Positions 27,241 to 40,398 of a stretch of 64,000 nucleotides of DNA are shown in pieces. A program made the position numbers and the translations under genes. The stretch lies in the NCBI RefSeq assembly GCF_006345805.1, contig NC_042999.1:116126001-116190000 (forward strand), in the 5' to 3' direction. Position 1 is the first letter of the stretch. The number at the start of each line of letters is the position of its first letter. The notes under the pieces were generated by a model, which searched no databases, was not told where the DNA came from, and was given only the letters and a program-made list of their open reading frames with translations. Source of the stretch: Octopus sinensis. Taxonomy: Eukaryota.

Positions 27241-28794
27241 GTAATGTTGATATTTCTCAAATATCTGTAACTATTTCATCTATTGCTACTTGTAATACTC
27301 CTTAAGCTATTGAAGGAACATCTCCATGGCCACTTACTTTGCTAGAAATCAAAGCCTTGTGTTTAAAATAAGGAAAGCACATTGGCTAATGTACTTATTG
27401 ATACCACTAATTAGACAAATGGTCATGGATAGAATACATTTGATCATATGTTTGCTCAGTGAAGGTTGACCTGGTACTAAACAACAACAACAAACCTTGC
27501 TGCTCTGAACTTACTGACCTTCATAACTCTGTTTTAATGCACCCATTTCTTATCATTCTTATTTGACTTATCTCCCATAACCTAATTATAGTTTCCTATA
27601 TCTAATTTTCCAAACTTGCACATTTTTTAAAACTCTCTTTACACACACATATGTGTATATATATATAATATATATATATATATATACCTTTAAAGGTATT
27701 TTCATATACTGGCCACTTATATATTTGAAGTAAAATCCAGAAATTGGGCTGATACAGGGATAACTAATTTTTTACGAATTTCTGTTGGCTTGCTTCCTTG
27801 TTTCAACACGTGTATTATAATAATAATTGTGAAAATATCTAATGTGGCTAGATGATTTAGTGTCTATTTCTGTATATTGGCTACGAAAATTTTTTTTTCA
27901 GTATTGTAAAGTGGTCTTTGTCCTTGGTTAGGTTGTGAAAGTCTCCAAAATATAACATCTGATATTACCTACAGTTATGCATGATATCAGTAGCTATCAA
28001 AGCCTATCTTGCATTAAGCAACAATAGTAGAGATGTGTAGTGCATGTTCATAAATCTCCTTTTAGGTCTTGTGTTCACGCCAAAAGATGATTTGAGCCCT
28101 CATGAGAAACCTGATGTACTATCAAGGCAGTCTTGAAGCTCCTTCTCCATAGACAATACTAATGGTTCATCTAAAACGTTTTCATATAGTTTCTCTCTAT
28201 TGATTTCCATTTACTCAGCTTTGGTCAACTTGTGGCTTTGAGAGAAGACATTTGTCCAAGATGCTGTGAAGTTGGATGGAATCTAGAACCTAAAAGCATG
28301 CAGTTGCAAAGCAAAGAAATAATCTTCTTCAGCTCACAATTATGCCTGTGTCTGTAAGCTTGAGGTAGTACTGAGGATAAGGAGGGAAGGGAGAGAGATT
28401 TCCCTTCAGAAAGAGGGAAGATGAAATACTTAGTAAAAAAAAAAAATATATCTAAAGTGCCCTGGGAGATATTATTGTTCTAGTGTTTTGATAAGAGGTC
28501 AGTGGCCTGAGAGATAGTGATAAAATGGAAGTGTGTTAAGGGTGGTGTAGTGATGAGTTAAACAGAGAACCATATAGGAGTGCTGTTCAGAATATATTTA
28601 TTAAGAGGTAGGGTTAGAGAGGAAAGCAGAATCTTGATAGTTGAGTTGGGTGGTGAAAATTGGTGTCCAGAGTGACAGAGTGACACAGAACTGTAGGAAG
28701 AACAGAAATAGGAGTGCTTGCTTGCACACATGCACACGTCATTGCAAAGTAAGCTTTTTAATCACACAGACATGTCTGTGCCAATATAAATATC

Positions 28795-29660
28795 ATCATC
28801 ATCATTTATCTTCATTTAACGGCCATTGTCCATGCTGGCATGGGTTGGACAGTTTGACTGGGCTGGCATGCTGCACCAGACAGCAGTCTGTTTTGGCATG
28901 GTTTTCTACAGCTGGATGTCCTTCCTAATGCCAACCACTCTAAGAGTGAAATGGGTGGTTTTATGTGCCACCAGCACAGGTGCCATTTGCATGACACTGG
29001 GGTGCGTTTATGTGCCACCGGCATGGGTGCAAATTTGTGTGACACTGGTATCTACCATGACCGCGATTTTGCTCAGCTAGATGGGTCTTCTTCTCAAGCA
29101 CAACATAATGCCAAAGGTCTTGGTCATTGCCTCTGTAACGCTCAATACTTGAAAGGAACTTAGACACTTTGCCTCCGTGAGGCCATTGCTTGAAAGGAAC
29201 TCCGCCATTTTGCCTCTGTGAAGCCCAGTGTTCAAAAGATGTTCTTGACATGCCACCAGCATGGGTGCACTTGGCTTGACAGGTCCTCTCAAGCACAGCA
29301 CATCACCAAAGGTCTCAGTCACCAGTCATTGCCTCTGTGAGGCTCAAAGTTTAAAGATCATGCTTCATCACCTCATCCTATGTCTTCCTGGGTCTACCTC
29401 TACCACAGGTTCCCTCCACAGTTAGAGATCAGCACTTCTTTACACAGCTGTCCTTGTCCATACATATCACATGACCATACCAGCACAGTCATCTCTCTTG
29501 CACACATTTGATTCCTCTTATGCCTAACTTTTCTCTCAAGAGGCTTACACTCTGTCGAACATGCACAATGACATTGCACATCCAACGAAGCATACTGGCT
29601 TCATTTCTTTCTAGCTTAGTTTCTTTGTCTCCATTGTTTGTGGTTCCATATAAACTAAGG
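28795..29660 (-). mobile_element. 5'-truncated RTE LINE: ORF end plus 3' UTR and (GAT)n tail
   Basis: KLERNEASMLRWMCNV...LREKLGIRGIKC in the ORF track, then WYGHV and VEGTCGRGRPRKT. Followed by the repeated 3' UTR and (CAT)n at 28795-28805. Confidence 0.85.
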
Positions 29661-29769
29661 TGGAACCTGGTGGTACACCAATATTCTTTTGCAAAGGGAT
29701 CATACTGGAACAAGCTGACAAAGACTGCAACTGTTGTATTAAACTTTGTGCATGTTATGCAACAATTGC

Positions 29770-30190
29770 TTGAATGAAGTAAACTCACTTGGTCATTTTC
29801 CAAGCAAGTTCTTGAATGTTGAAGTATATTCTTGAATGGGAAAGACAAAAATGTGTCAGAGAGCTTCATTGCTTTTGCTACATTGATTCAGTTGAGATTG
29901 TCTTACTCCATCACAACTGTTTTGCTTCATCAGAGTAAGCATTGCAGTGTAAGCTCTCTTGATGATGTATTTGCAGATATATTTGATGAACTTTATTGGA
30001 TTAACATTCTCAAAATTGATGTGTGTATTAAATGTCATGGTTAGGAGTAGGCTATTGGGAACTATCCATTTGTTGTCAGTATTGTGTTGTCCAGCCAAGG
30101 TTTGGAATCCTCCATCCTCTGCTTATCTTCTGTTACAGGGATAACCATCTTCATCTCATTGGTTCTCCTTCACAAAGAAAAGGGGATCAT
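29770..30190 (-). mobile_element. Helitron Rep (HUH) domain remnant
   Basis: Minus strand DEDGYPCNRR*AEDGG...DNKWIVPNSLLLTMTFNTHINFENVNPIKFIKYICKYIIK...SNEAL*HIFVFPIQE...LENDQ follows the Helitron Rep pattern DGYPxYRRR/DNRWxVPY/HINVE/KYICKY/EAxWRIxxFPIHE/HLENGQ. Confidence 0.85.
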
Positions 30191-33100
30191 TGAATAACGT
30201 AATTTGAAGTGCCTGAATAAAATATGAAATGGCCAAAACTGGAATACCATTGATGAGAGGTGACTTGAACTAACAACAACAGCATCATATCTTTGTTTTA
30301 TCATCTTAGTTTTAATATACACTTTTCCATTCTTGCAATGGTCAGACAAGAGTACATTGAGACCGAGTTTTTTAAGGTCAGATGTTCTTGTCACCAAACC
30401 TCACCTGTTTCCAGGTAAGGTGATTATCTCCTAGTCTAATGAACAAGAAAGAGCCCAAACATAGTTATGAGCCTTTTTCATTTACAAATATTGCATATCA
30501 TGTCCAGAAACCTGAATCTGCTTTTGTGTTTGACTGTTAACATATGGCACCACCCGAATTGATAATAAGGCCATTGTTTTTCTTGCAGCCTGCAAACATA
30601 TATTACAACAAGCAGAAAATAGAAACTCACTTGCACTAACTCACATATGTGCAACTGGTTTATTCAGTTTCTGTCTACCAAATATCTGCTGCTCACAAGT
30701 TGTTGGTCAACCTCCTGCAGTTACAGTGTAGAACATAGATCAACAATGTTCACACACTGGGACTGAACCCATATCCACTTGTTCTGTTATGAACTTCTTA
30801 ACCACATAGCCATGCCTGCATGTTCTATCTGTACAACATGTATATTTTCTGATTTATTGCTGCAAGTGCTGCCATTCTGTATTGTCTAATTGGAACAGTT
30901 TGCACCTCTCACTCCTTGTGGCTTTTAAATAGGATAGTTTGGCAAAATAGGTAGAACAGGAGACTGAATACCTTGCAGTGTTATTGTTTGTTCAAAACTC
31001 AAATGCCATCAAGGTTAAATTTGTTATTCATCCTGCTGAGCTTGATAAAATGCTATACCGCCTCCCGTAAAGCCTGTAGCATTGTGTCTATGTGAGAAAT
31101 TAATGTGGCAGAAGAAGAAAGAGAAAAACACTCATTTTATTCTACATGGTCTAACTTTAGTTAAAGAAAGGCCAGGAATAAAACACTAACTGATGCTGCT
31201 TCCATGAATGTGGCACAAACAAATGCTCATACCTAATGTTTGGCAGTGTGACCATGCTAATAATAACATTTACTAAGTTATGAAAAAATGTAGCTACAGC
31301 ATGAAGTTTTTCTTCTTCAAGAAGCATAATCATCAGTCACTAAAGTTAGACAAGTTTATACAGAACATTTTATCTCCAGCCCACACTATCAGTTATTTTG
31401 TTCTGTTTTCTAAGATCTGAAGATCTGATCTAACAGCTACATATCAAATGTTCCTTGAACTACCTCTGCCCCATCAATCCTCTACTACCACCTCACACAT
31501 TTTTATATTGGCTTTTTTTTTTATTACCCACTCTATATCCACTTGTATTTGATCTGCCAAGGTAGCACAGATATTATCTTTTTATATGCATCAATCAATT
31601 ACTCTATTTCTCAGTCTCATAAAAAAGAAAACTGTTTCAAAAATTTCTTCCACAGTTTCAAACAACTCTAATGAATCACCTACCGTGATACTGTACTGTG
31701 ATCGCAGTGTTGTTAACTATAAAGTTGGCACTAGTGTTTATAATATTCGTTGGAATCTATATATTGGTTCTCTTTCCCAACATTAGTATTAAAGAGTACT
31801 AGTTATCTTGCATACACATTTTGTGAATTCAGCTCATGAAGGAACTACCTATTTATCTTTCAAACCAATTGATATAATATATAAAAAGTATTAAAATCAA
31901 TGATTACAGGATTTAGAAAAAAAAAGTATACATGAAACATGTATGATTATATGAACAGGAAAATATGTTCAACTTTTTAGCATTTAAACTGGCCATATCT
32001 GGCCAAAATATTCTACTTGCTTTATGTTCAGTTTGGCCAGATCTGGCTCACACCTACTCTTGAATGTCATTATAAACACAAACAATCACATCATTGTGAT
32101 CTTAAGGCTATAAGATAATGCAGGATAAATTCAAAACAATGGGAATAATTTAGCATTACATTTCACTGTGTAATCTGAATGCTAAAACGTTAATTATTTT
32201 ATAAAAATATGCAACGGCTTATACAAAAAGTGACCACTTATTTTCATGTTTCCAGAAATAGAAACTAATTTAATAATGTCTACTTATATATTGCTTTCAT
32301 TAGCAAATGTGCTAATATTTATGAGTTTTTTTTGTTGAGAAACAATTGCTAATTGTATTTTATAATTTTTAACTACAAAAAAGTTTATTCTACCTTCCAA
32401 TTGACAATAGTATTGCTAAGGTAATGTTCAAATCCAATAAAGAGAGAGTGGTATATTCATCATCAACATTATAATCATTGTTTAACATCTGGTCTCCATG
32501 CTCACATAGGTTGGACAGTTTGACATGGAGCTGGCTAGCAGGGAGCTGTCTGGCCTCCAACTGTCTTTTGTGGCATGGTTTCCTCAGCTGGATGCCCTTC
32601 TTGATATCAGTATTGACTATGAAAATTAAAGATCCTTAAAAGTTTAGGATTGACATGATTTTAACTGAAATCTTGAAAGGTCTATTACAAATCCTCATAT
32701 ATTTTAAGTGCATTGGTTTCCATTATGTCTGATAAAGTTTCAAATCATAGTAGTACTCATTTATCATTTTTTTATTTTGTTTTATTGGTTTTCAACAAAT
32801 TGATTTCTGTTGTATGAAGAAAATTCAATTTTTTTCGAAATGTTCAGTAATTTCACCAAACAAAATTTATAATCATGTCCATTTTAACTCGTTTTAAACT
32901 TTCTTACTGGATGTTTTTCACTACTCTTTGTTGTTACTGTTGTTGTCATCGTTGTTGTCATCATCATCATCATCGTCCTCGTCCTCCATACCCCACCCTC
33001 CTCCGCATCATCATCATCATTTGTTTTCTGCTAGTTCTCTTTTCTCTTCAATATTTTGACAGAGTTGGTAAGAAGCTTTAAAGAATGACTCATTATACAA

Positions 33101-34020
33101 TATCTGGGAATAAAAGTCTTCAACAACTTACTAGCTGTCAAAGCTATGCCACCATTTCCACTGTTACTCTAAAGGATCTACATCACAAGGTTATTCAACA
33201 GGTCATGCCACTTTTAAATGTGGGAGTACCGGAACTATAAATCCTTCAACACAACACACAAGACTTGTGCTTGACAACTCTGTTGATTCTCATAATTCTT
33301 GTTTAAGTTTCTCATGCATTGTCACACACTTCTCCATTTAAATAATATATGGAAGGTCACAGTACATTAATATACTAATCTTAATGAACTTTTGAAAATG
33401 GTTTTGTAACAGCCAAGAGGAAATATGTTTCTTGAGAAACTACCAACTTCATTTTAACATTTTAGCATTCATATTACTCTGTTAAATAAGGTCTTTTCTG
33501 TTGGTGTCATGGTTTTTGAAGTTTTAAAATTAAGGGAAAATTTTGAAATTTGATATATTGATGCAATTTTCTATGTTGAATCTGATGTTATTCACTGGTT
33601 CCAGAAAATTTTTTTAAAAATATTACAGAGGTTTAAAGTTCGATAATTTTTACAAATACAAAAAACAATATTTGAAAGCTGGTATTTTGTATGTAACAGT
33701 TATTAAGCACAACAGTACAACAACAAACTTTTATTAAACAAAGTGAAAGCAATATATTATCATGATGAAAGTTATAATAGGTTTTGTAGTTTTAATAAGT
33801 TTTAATGAATAAAGTCATGTAGAACATTGGAACAGGCAATGTGAAAAGGAAAAATCACCCAAGAAAAAAAAAAACCATGTTAAATTACAAAAAACACAAA
33901 CTATATATTATACTACTCTAATTCAGTTCATATTAACAATTTATGCATATTTTGTAGTGAAAATTCAAAAACGAAAATTTGAGATATACTCTAGGACTTT
34001 CTCATCAAATAAATTATAAT

Positions 34021-34478
34021 TTTCGTATCTCCTGCACCACATAAGCTCACAGAGATACAAGCCAACCATAGCGTGGTGGACTCCACAATGTTGCTTATTT
34101 GCTCATTTTACACTGGCCTGTGTGCTGTTTTTTACTTGTTAGGAGGTAATAAGCTCAACGCTTTGGTTCATTGTTCTATGCTGAAAATAATAACCATCAA
34201 TTTCGGGAATGTGAGAGTAGGCCCACCTGCAAGTTACTGAAAACTGTGATTCCAGGAAGAATCGAATAATGTATGCATTCCTCTAGTGTGTTGTGCTTCT
34301 GGCATGGTAATACATAAAGAAAAAATACCTGCCTGGTCCTGTGATACACTCCTCTGAAAACCCACTGTTGTATTTAAATCTTGTGAAGACTGTTTTTGTT
34401 TATCTCAACAATCTTCTGAGCAGGTCCTCTGCACATATTTCTGGAACATCGTTGTAATCACTCCCAGTTCTTCAACAC
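34021..34478 (-). mobile_element. Merlin/IS1016 (ISXO2-like) DDE transposase remnant
   Basis: Minus-strand translation with stops gives GPAQKIVEINKN, QQWVFRG, RWAYSHI, QHRTMNQS and LYLCELMWCRRY. These correspond in order to the Merlin motifs GPGKIVEIDES, QWVFGG, WRAY, HxTVNHS and YLxEFMWRRR. Confidence 0.75.
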
Positions 34479-35010
34479 AAAACAACAAAAATGGGGTAAT
34501 AAAAATGTTCAGCAAATAGGCACTTGTCTAAGAAAATAGACAGATAAAGACAATATATGTGGAAATTGTAGTTTCAGCAGACTCTGTAACTTGTTACGAT
34601 GGAAAGAGGCAGTAATATGTCTGTGACTTTCAATTGGCTAAAATTACCTGCAATTTTCAAACTTTAGAAGCTATCAACTTTTTATTTATCATCTTGTGGC
34701 AAGAATGAGTTTCATTTCCATAATTAGCATACAAAAGTACACCAAATTTGAAAACAATCGTAACAAAATTTTAAAAATCAAAAACTGTGACAGCAAATGT
34801 AATGCTTAGTTATTCACATTATTTTAAATTAAACAGGCATTATCTTGTAGCTTTCAAGTGTCTGATGATGCGATCATTTATTTTTAGAATGACATTGTAG
34901 GGTAGGTGTGAGAGGCAAGATATGGTAGGTTTGAACATTAAACAAGTTGAATATTTTGGCTAGATATGACTGGTTTAAATGCTAAAGGATCATGAAACCT
35001 TGTTTGTTTC

Positions 35011-35243
35011 TTAATCTCTTTCATACCACAAACTGCCTGAGACTACCCTTGATTTTATGATAAAAACTCCATGTTTTAAAGTCATTAAAATTACAATCTT
35101 GCATCAAAATTTTATGTTAATTTATATGCTAAACTTGAAATTAATAATGGTAAAACTATTTTACTAAATTCTTCATTATTTTCAAAATTGATTGAAACAA
35201 AAGCAGTATGTTTCTTTGGAAATATGGTAACAAAAAGGGTTAA
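35011..35243. mobile_element. piggyBac-type MITE
   Basis: TTAA-TCTCTTTCATACC...GGTAACAAAAAGGG-TTAA. A related fragment lies at about 345-570. A second TTAA-type family (CCCTTTAGCATT/AATGCTAAAGGG) lies at about 31972-32195, 34850-34990 and 54888-55110. Confidence 0.65.
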
Positions 35244-36487
35244 ACCATTCTTGTGAAACTGATTGTCTTAGCCAATTATTTCAGTAGTCAATCACAGTTT
35301 TGGTTAACTTAATTACTTGTTTACATGTCTGTTAGCCCAGTTTCCCCTATTAAGTAAAGTGGCTTGGTTGCGGTGAGGTGAAGAAATTGTCACTGCATTT
35401 AATAAAATTAGGATGGTTTCAAACTTTTTTTTTTGTTTTTGTCCAACATGATGATGATGAAGAAAGAAGAATTATGTGGATGTGGATTTTATTTTTTTTT
35501 TTAATAATGGGAGGAGCAAAAATTTTACTAATACTGGAAGGGTGTTAAGATAGCAAACTGACAGAATCATTAGCACACCAAGCTAAAGGCTTAGCAGTAT
35601 TTTGTTTATTTTTACTTTCTGAGTTCAAATTTTGCCACAGTCACCTTTGCCTTTCATCCATTTGGCATTGATAAAATAAGTACCAGTTGAGTATTGGGGT
35701 CAATGTAATCAACTTACCCACCAAACAACTGGCCTTGTGCCAAAATTTGAAACCAATATTGGGAGGGTGTTGTGATTGAGACTGAGGTGTGTGTGTGTGT
35801 GTATGTATGTGCTTGTGTGTGTGTATGTGTTTGTGTGTGTGTGTGTGTGTGTTCTCTTGTTCTCTCTCCTGCTTTCTCCATCTTCCTTACTCATAGGTAT
35901 ATTTTGCTGTTTAGCTCTTTTAGTTCTGACTGTGCAGGCCTATGAGCAAAGGCATTCCACTCATGCCCACCTAACAACCTTTTTCTCAGGTATTGTTCAG
36001 GTAAAGATATCCAGATGACTGTTCAAAATGTTTTCATTTTCAGTATATTACATATTTTCTACATTATGTCTTTGTTTTATTAATCTTTATTTCATGTTGC
36101 TACAATTTCACTTTCTTGGATTACTATTGAATAGCTATCATATTAGTCAGTGAAAGTGCATGACTCAGTGGCTAGAGTGTCAGGCTCACAATCATGAGGT
36201 ACTGAGTTCAATTCCTGGAATGAGTTTTGTGTTGTGTTCTTGAGCAAGACACTATATTTCACACTGATCCAGTTCACTCATCTGTAAAAATGAGTTGCAA
36301 CATCACTGGTGCCAATTTGTATCAGTCTTTGCCTTTCCTTTGGATGACACCAGTGGCATGGAGAGAAGAGGTTGGTATGCATGTGTAACTACTGGACAAC
36401 CTTGCCCAGACCTTTGCTTCAGAGTGGAACTTTCTAGGTGCAATCCCATGGTCATTCATGTCCAATGGGAGTCTCTTATAGTTTGTC

Positions 36488-36748
36488 CAGTGGTTCCCAA
36501 ACCTTTTCAGGCTGGTGCCCCCTCGGTACAGAGGCCACATTCCTAGTGCCCCCACACCACCACCACCACAAATGTAGACCACTTTCTGCAGCAAATTTAA
36601 AATGAGTGTATTTCACAAATAAAACTTAACCTAATTAACCTATTATTTTGTTATTTTTACGTCCATTGGCCACCCCATTATCACACCACTGGATTTTTCC
36701 ACCACCCCCAAGGGAGTGGTCTGGTACCACCCACTTTGGGAACTACTG
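36488..36748. mobile_element. hAT (Charlie-like) MITE
   Basis: TIRs CAGTGGTTCCCAAA and TTTGGGAACTACTG; no 8-bp TSD is recognisable. Confidence 0.65.
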
Positions 36749-37316
36749 GTCTTGCCTAACCATCAACCCTCTTGGGACACCCAGCCCAAGTGATACAAGC
36801 TGAAAGGACTTTGAGCTGATCAATCGACTTGATGAAACAAACATTGTGAATGGTTAGTTTTGAAGTGTAATAGCCAATCAGAGATCATTTTACAGTACAT
36901 ATTTTTGTGTTTTTTCACAGAAGCATTTATGCTTATCATTTTATTTATTTTCATGTATTGTGTTGTTTTAAGTTTTCTTATTGTGATAGATGTATTGTAC
37001 TGTTCATAAGCTTTCATAAAATTTATAGCTTTACATACTTATAAAGGATAAAGTTTTAGGCACTTTATCCTTTGTTTTCTACATGCACCCACCAGTTCCA
37101 ATCTCAACAGAAAAAAAGCTTTGGTCTTTTTGGCTACACATACCAAAACACCATGCATCTCAAGAGAGTTAAGCAAGATTTCCATTTTTATCAAAAGATT
37201 CCAATTTAAGTTTGTTTCTGAAGCAGTAATGTTCTCTAGTCCTTATTGAGATATCTGCTACCAATGTTATCTCATCAGAGCTCTAATACAATGTATTTTT
37301 TTTTTGTGTATTTCAG

Positions 37317-37549
37317 GAGCAAAGAGGCTGGTTGAGCATTTATATAAGCACAATATTCCAATGGCTATTGCTTCTGGTAGTGGTAAAGAGAAATTTAAGT
37401 GGAAGACCGTGAAGCATCAAGAGCTAATGAATATGTTCCATCATTTTGTCCTTTCTAGTGATGATCCTGAGGTGAAGCACAGTAAGCCAGCCCCAGACTG
37501 CTTTCAAGTGTGTGCTAAACGCTTTCCAGATAAACCATCTCCTGATAAG
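37317..37549 (+). CDS. PUDP: Internal coding exon C of pseudouridine-5'-phosphatase (HAD motifs II and III)
   Basis: ttttgtgtatttcag|GAGCAAAG...CCTGATAAG|gtaaat; 233 nt, phase 1 to phase 0. Encodes (G)AKRLVEHLYKHNIPMAIASGSGKEKFKWKTVKHQELMNMFHHFVLSSDDPEVKHSKPAPDCFQVCAKRFPDKPSPDK, containing the DDPEVKxxKPxPD signature of HDHD1. Confidence 0.95.
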
Positions 37550-37612
37550 GTAAATTATGCTAATAAAAGATATAGATCTATAAGTTATATATTTTATTAA
37601 TATTAGTTATTG

Positions 37613-38298
37613 TCTATTATATAAAATTTGTTCTGTTTGTCTGTCTGTGTGTGCCTTCATCCTCCATCTGATTGCACTCAAATTTGATATGTACATACCG
37701 ATGGTATCAGGGCATGTATAAGTCTTGAAAAAAATTACAAAAATCAATTCCAGGTGAGAATGCGATCAGTAAAGCCATGGAAACGTGCATTTGTATGTGC
37801 AAGTACATCAGCTGTTGCGATTGATACTATGCGTACGCAAGAAAATTGCACTTGCAGTTTGCACAAAAATATCATCATGCTTTACCTCCAGCTAACCCAT
37901 TTGCATGCATCGTTTTTGTCCTGCTTTTCTTCCATCAATCTGTGCATAACTGCACCTTTCATTTTTTGTTGTTTTTGTACTGCTTAAAGGCATGTTTATT
38001 TCCTGCCAAGATTATTGTTTAAACCATGTTTGTGTTCTCCCAGTCAACAACCTTATCATTACTGGTACTTTAAACTCTTCGGTTGCATATTTGTGTGAAT
38101 AAAATCGTTTTTCTTTGGAATAGAAAAAAAGTCTATCTATATTTCTTCTTTTTCTGGTGTCTCAAATTTAGGTTAAATCAGTGTTTCTCAAAGGAGAGGC
38201 CTATGGGACTATCGGACAAATTGTTTTGAGAAAATTTGGTTTAAACGTTTGACAACTCAGCACCATCCATTGGACGGGGGGGGGGGTGCTCGTGCATT
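37613..38298 (+). mobile_element. Non-autonomous repeat, possibly Helitron-derived; longer copy
   Basis: Starts TCTATTATATAAAA..GTCTGTCTGTGTGTGCC and shares both ends with the 8.3-8.7 kb copy in opposite orientation. The superfamily call is tentative. Confidence 0.6.
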
Positions 38299-38349
38299 TA
38301 TATATATATATATATACATACATATGTGTGTGTGTGTGCATAAAAGAAG

Positions 38350-39030
38350 CATTAAATTTGGGTCAACGACTTTACAACACCACCCCTCAAACATTTAATC
38401 ATATATAAAAAACACCATGGTCTAGAAACACATAAAAAAAATAATACATATACATAAAATCACAGAAGGTAAAAATTTATATTCTAATAAAATACAAATA
38501 GAACGGCTTATCAAAAGTTAAATATAATGACTAAAAATTCAAAACTACCAGAAAGCCTAATGGACAAATATAAAATAAATAAAATAAAATAAGTGTCCAC
38601 TGGCTAAAAAGATTTTATCAGATGATTAAAATATTTTTTTTTAATTATTAAAAATTAAAAAAAAAAAATTTTTGAAAAAGTCTTTCAAATATTTAAGAAA
38701 AAATTTTTTCATAATTTAAAAAAAATATTTTAATTATCTGATAAAATCTTTTTAGCCAGTAGACACTTATTTTATTTTATTTTTATTTTTATCTTTATTT
38801 ATTTTATATTTGTCCATTAGGGTTTCTGGTAGTTTTGAAGTTTCAGTTGTTATATTTAACTTTTGATAAGCTGTTCTATTTGTATTTTATTAGAATATAT
38901 TTTTTTACCTTCTGTAATTTTATGTATATGTATTATTTTTTTATGTGTTTGTGGACCATGGTAATTTTTATATATGATTAAATGTTTGAGGAGTGGTGTT
39001 GTATGTAAATTTGTTGACCCAAATCTAATG
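38350..39030. repeat. AT-rich foldback element, arms of about 290-310 bp
   Basis: CATTAAATTTGGGTCAAC...GGCTAAAAAGATTTTATCAGA pairs with TCTGATAAAATCTTTTTAGCC...GTTGACCCAAATCTAATG. Confidence 0.85.
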
Positions 39031-39658
39031 TTTGTTCTATAACCAATGCTTCTTTATCTTTGTCTCATTTATATTTGAGCACTTCATTTGCAGTCCTATA
39101 AACCCTTTTGTTTCTATAATAAGAGACAAATATTATTTCTTGTTATATGTATATATATATGTGTGTTTGTGTATATATATACACAGGTGTGGCTGTGTGG
39201 TAAGAAGTTTGCCTCTGAACTACATGGTTCTGGGTTCAGTGCCTCTGCGTGACACTGTGAATAAATGTCTCTGGGCTGGAAAAAAACCTTTTGAATGGAT
39301 TTGCCAGACAGAAAGAAGCCCATTGAGTGTGTGTATGTGGGTGTGTGTGCGTGCATGCATGCACATAGTGTGTGTGTGTGTGTATTCATATATATATATA
39401 TGTGCATGTGTGTTCTTGTGTCCCCTTGTCCTGACATAATGCGATAGTTGTAAATGAGTTTCACTATCATGTAAAAGAGTATCATTTATTATTTTCAGTA
39501 TTATGAGAGAACATATATGGTCATAGGGAAATATTACTTTGCCTGGAAACAAGCAGTGGTTAGCAACATGATGAGCAACCAGCTTTTACAAAAAGCCTAT
39601 GTCAGATAAACTCTGTCCAATCCATACAATCATGAAAAAGTGGATGTTAAATGATGAT

Positions 39659-39728
<70 letters not shown>

Positions 39729-39730
<2 letters not shown>

Positions 39731-40226
39731 TAGTTTTAGAGACAGAACCACCTTCAACTCAATCAACACTGAAAGATTTTATACTCGACCACTCCAGAAA
39801 ATGTTAAATATTAAATCTTATACTAACTATATATATTCTGAATCCCGTATTTTCCGTTTATAAGGCTACATGTGTTTCATGAAAGTACATCAGTATTGAT
39901 TAGATGCAAGGTATCTAGTTTCAATACTTAATTGGGCCAACATACTCCCAATCTTCAGGTCTGGATTCCTCAACATTTTTCACTACCCCTACCTCTTATA
40001 TACCTGGGAGTATGTCGATCCAATTAAGTATTGAAACTAGATACCTTGTATCTAATCAATACCGACATACTTTCATGAAATACATGTAGTCTTATAAACG
40101 GAAAATATGGGATTCAGAATAGATATAGTTAGTATAAGATTTAATATTTAACATTTTATGGAGTGGTCAGGTATAAAATCTTTCAGTGTTGATTGAGTTG
40201 AAGGTGGTTCTGTCTCTAAAACCACT
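39729..40226. repeat. Foldback element: 222-bp arms, 54-bp spacer, flanked by (TA)n
   Basis: Arm 39729-39950 (AGTAGTTTTAGAGACAGAACCACC...CATACTCCCA) is the reverse complement of 40005-40226 (TGGGAGTATG...GGTGGTTCTGTCTCTAAAACCACT). Confidence 0.88.
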
Positions 40227-40343
40227 TTTATATATACGAATTAAACATTGAGAGATTTTCATTTTAGCACATCTAATTTGAATGTCTTTTTCCTGAGTAC
40301 ACGGAAGTAATATTCCCTAATAATTATAATAATGATATATATA

Positions 40344-40398
<55 letters not shown>

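Noticed and set aside
35980-36010. Possible 11-nt microexon (ttttctcag|GTATTGTTCAG|gtaaag)
   Set aside because: It would frameshift PUDP; exons B and C already join in frame and align without a gap.
39865-39910. Hammerhead-like CTGATG..GAAAC in the 39.7-kb foldback arms
   Set aside because: A9 is missing, there is no stem II and no stem I pairing; too degenerate to support.
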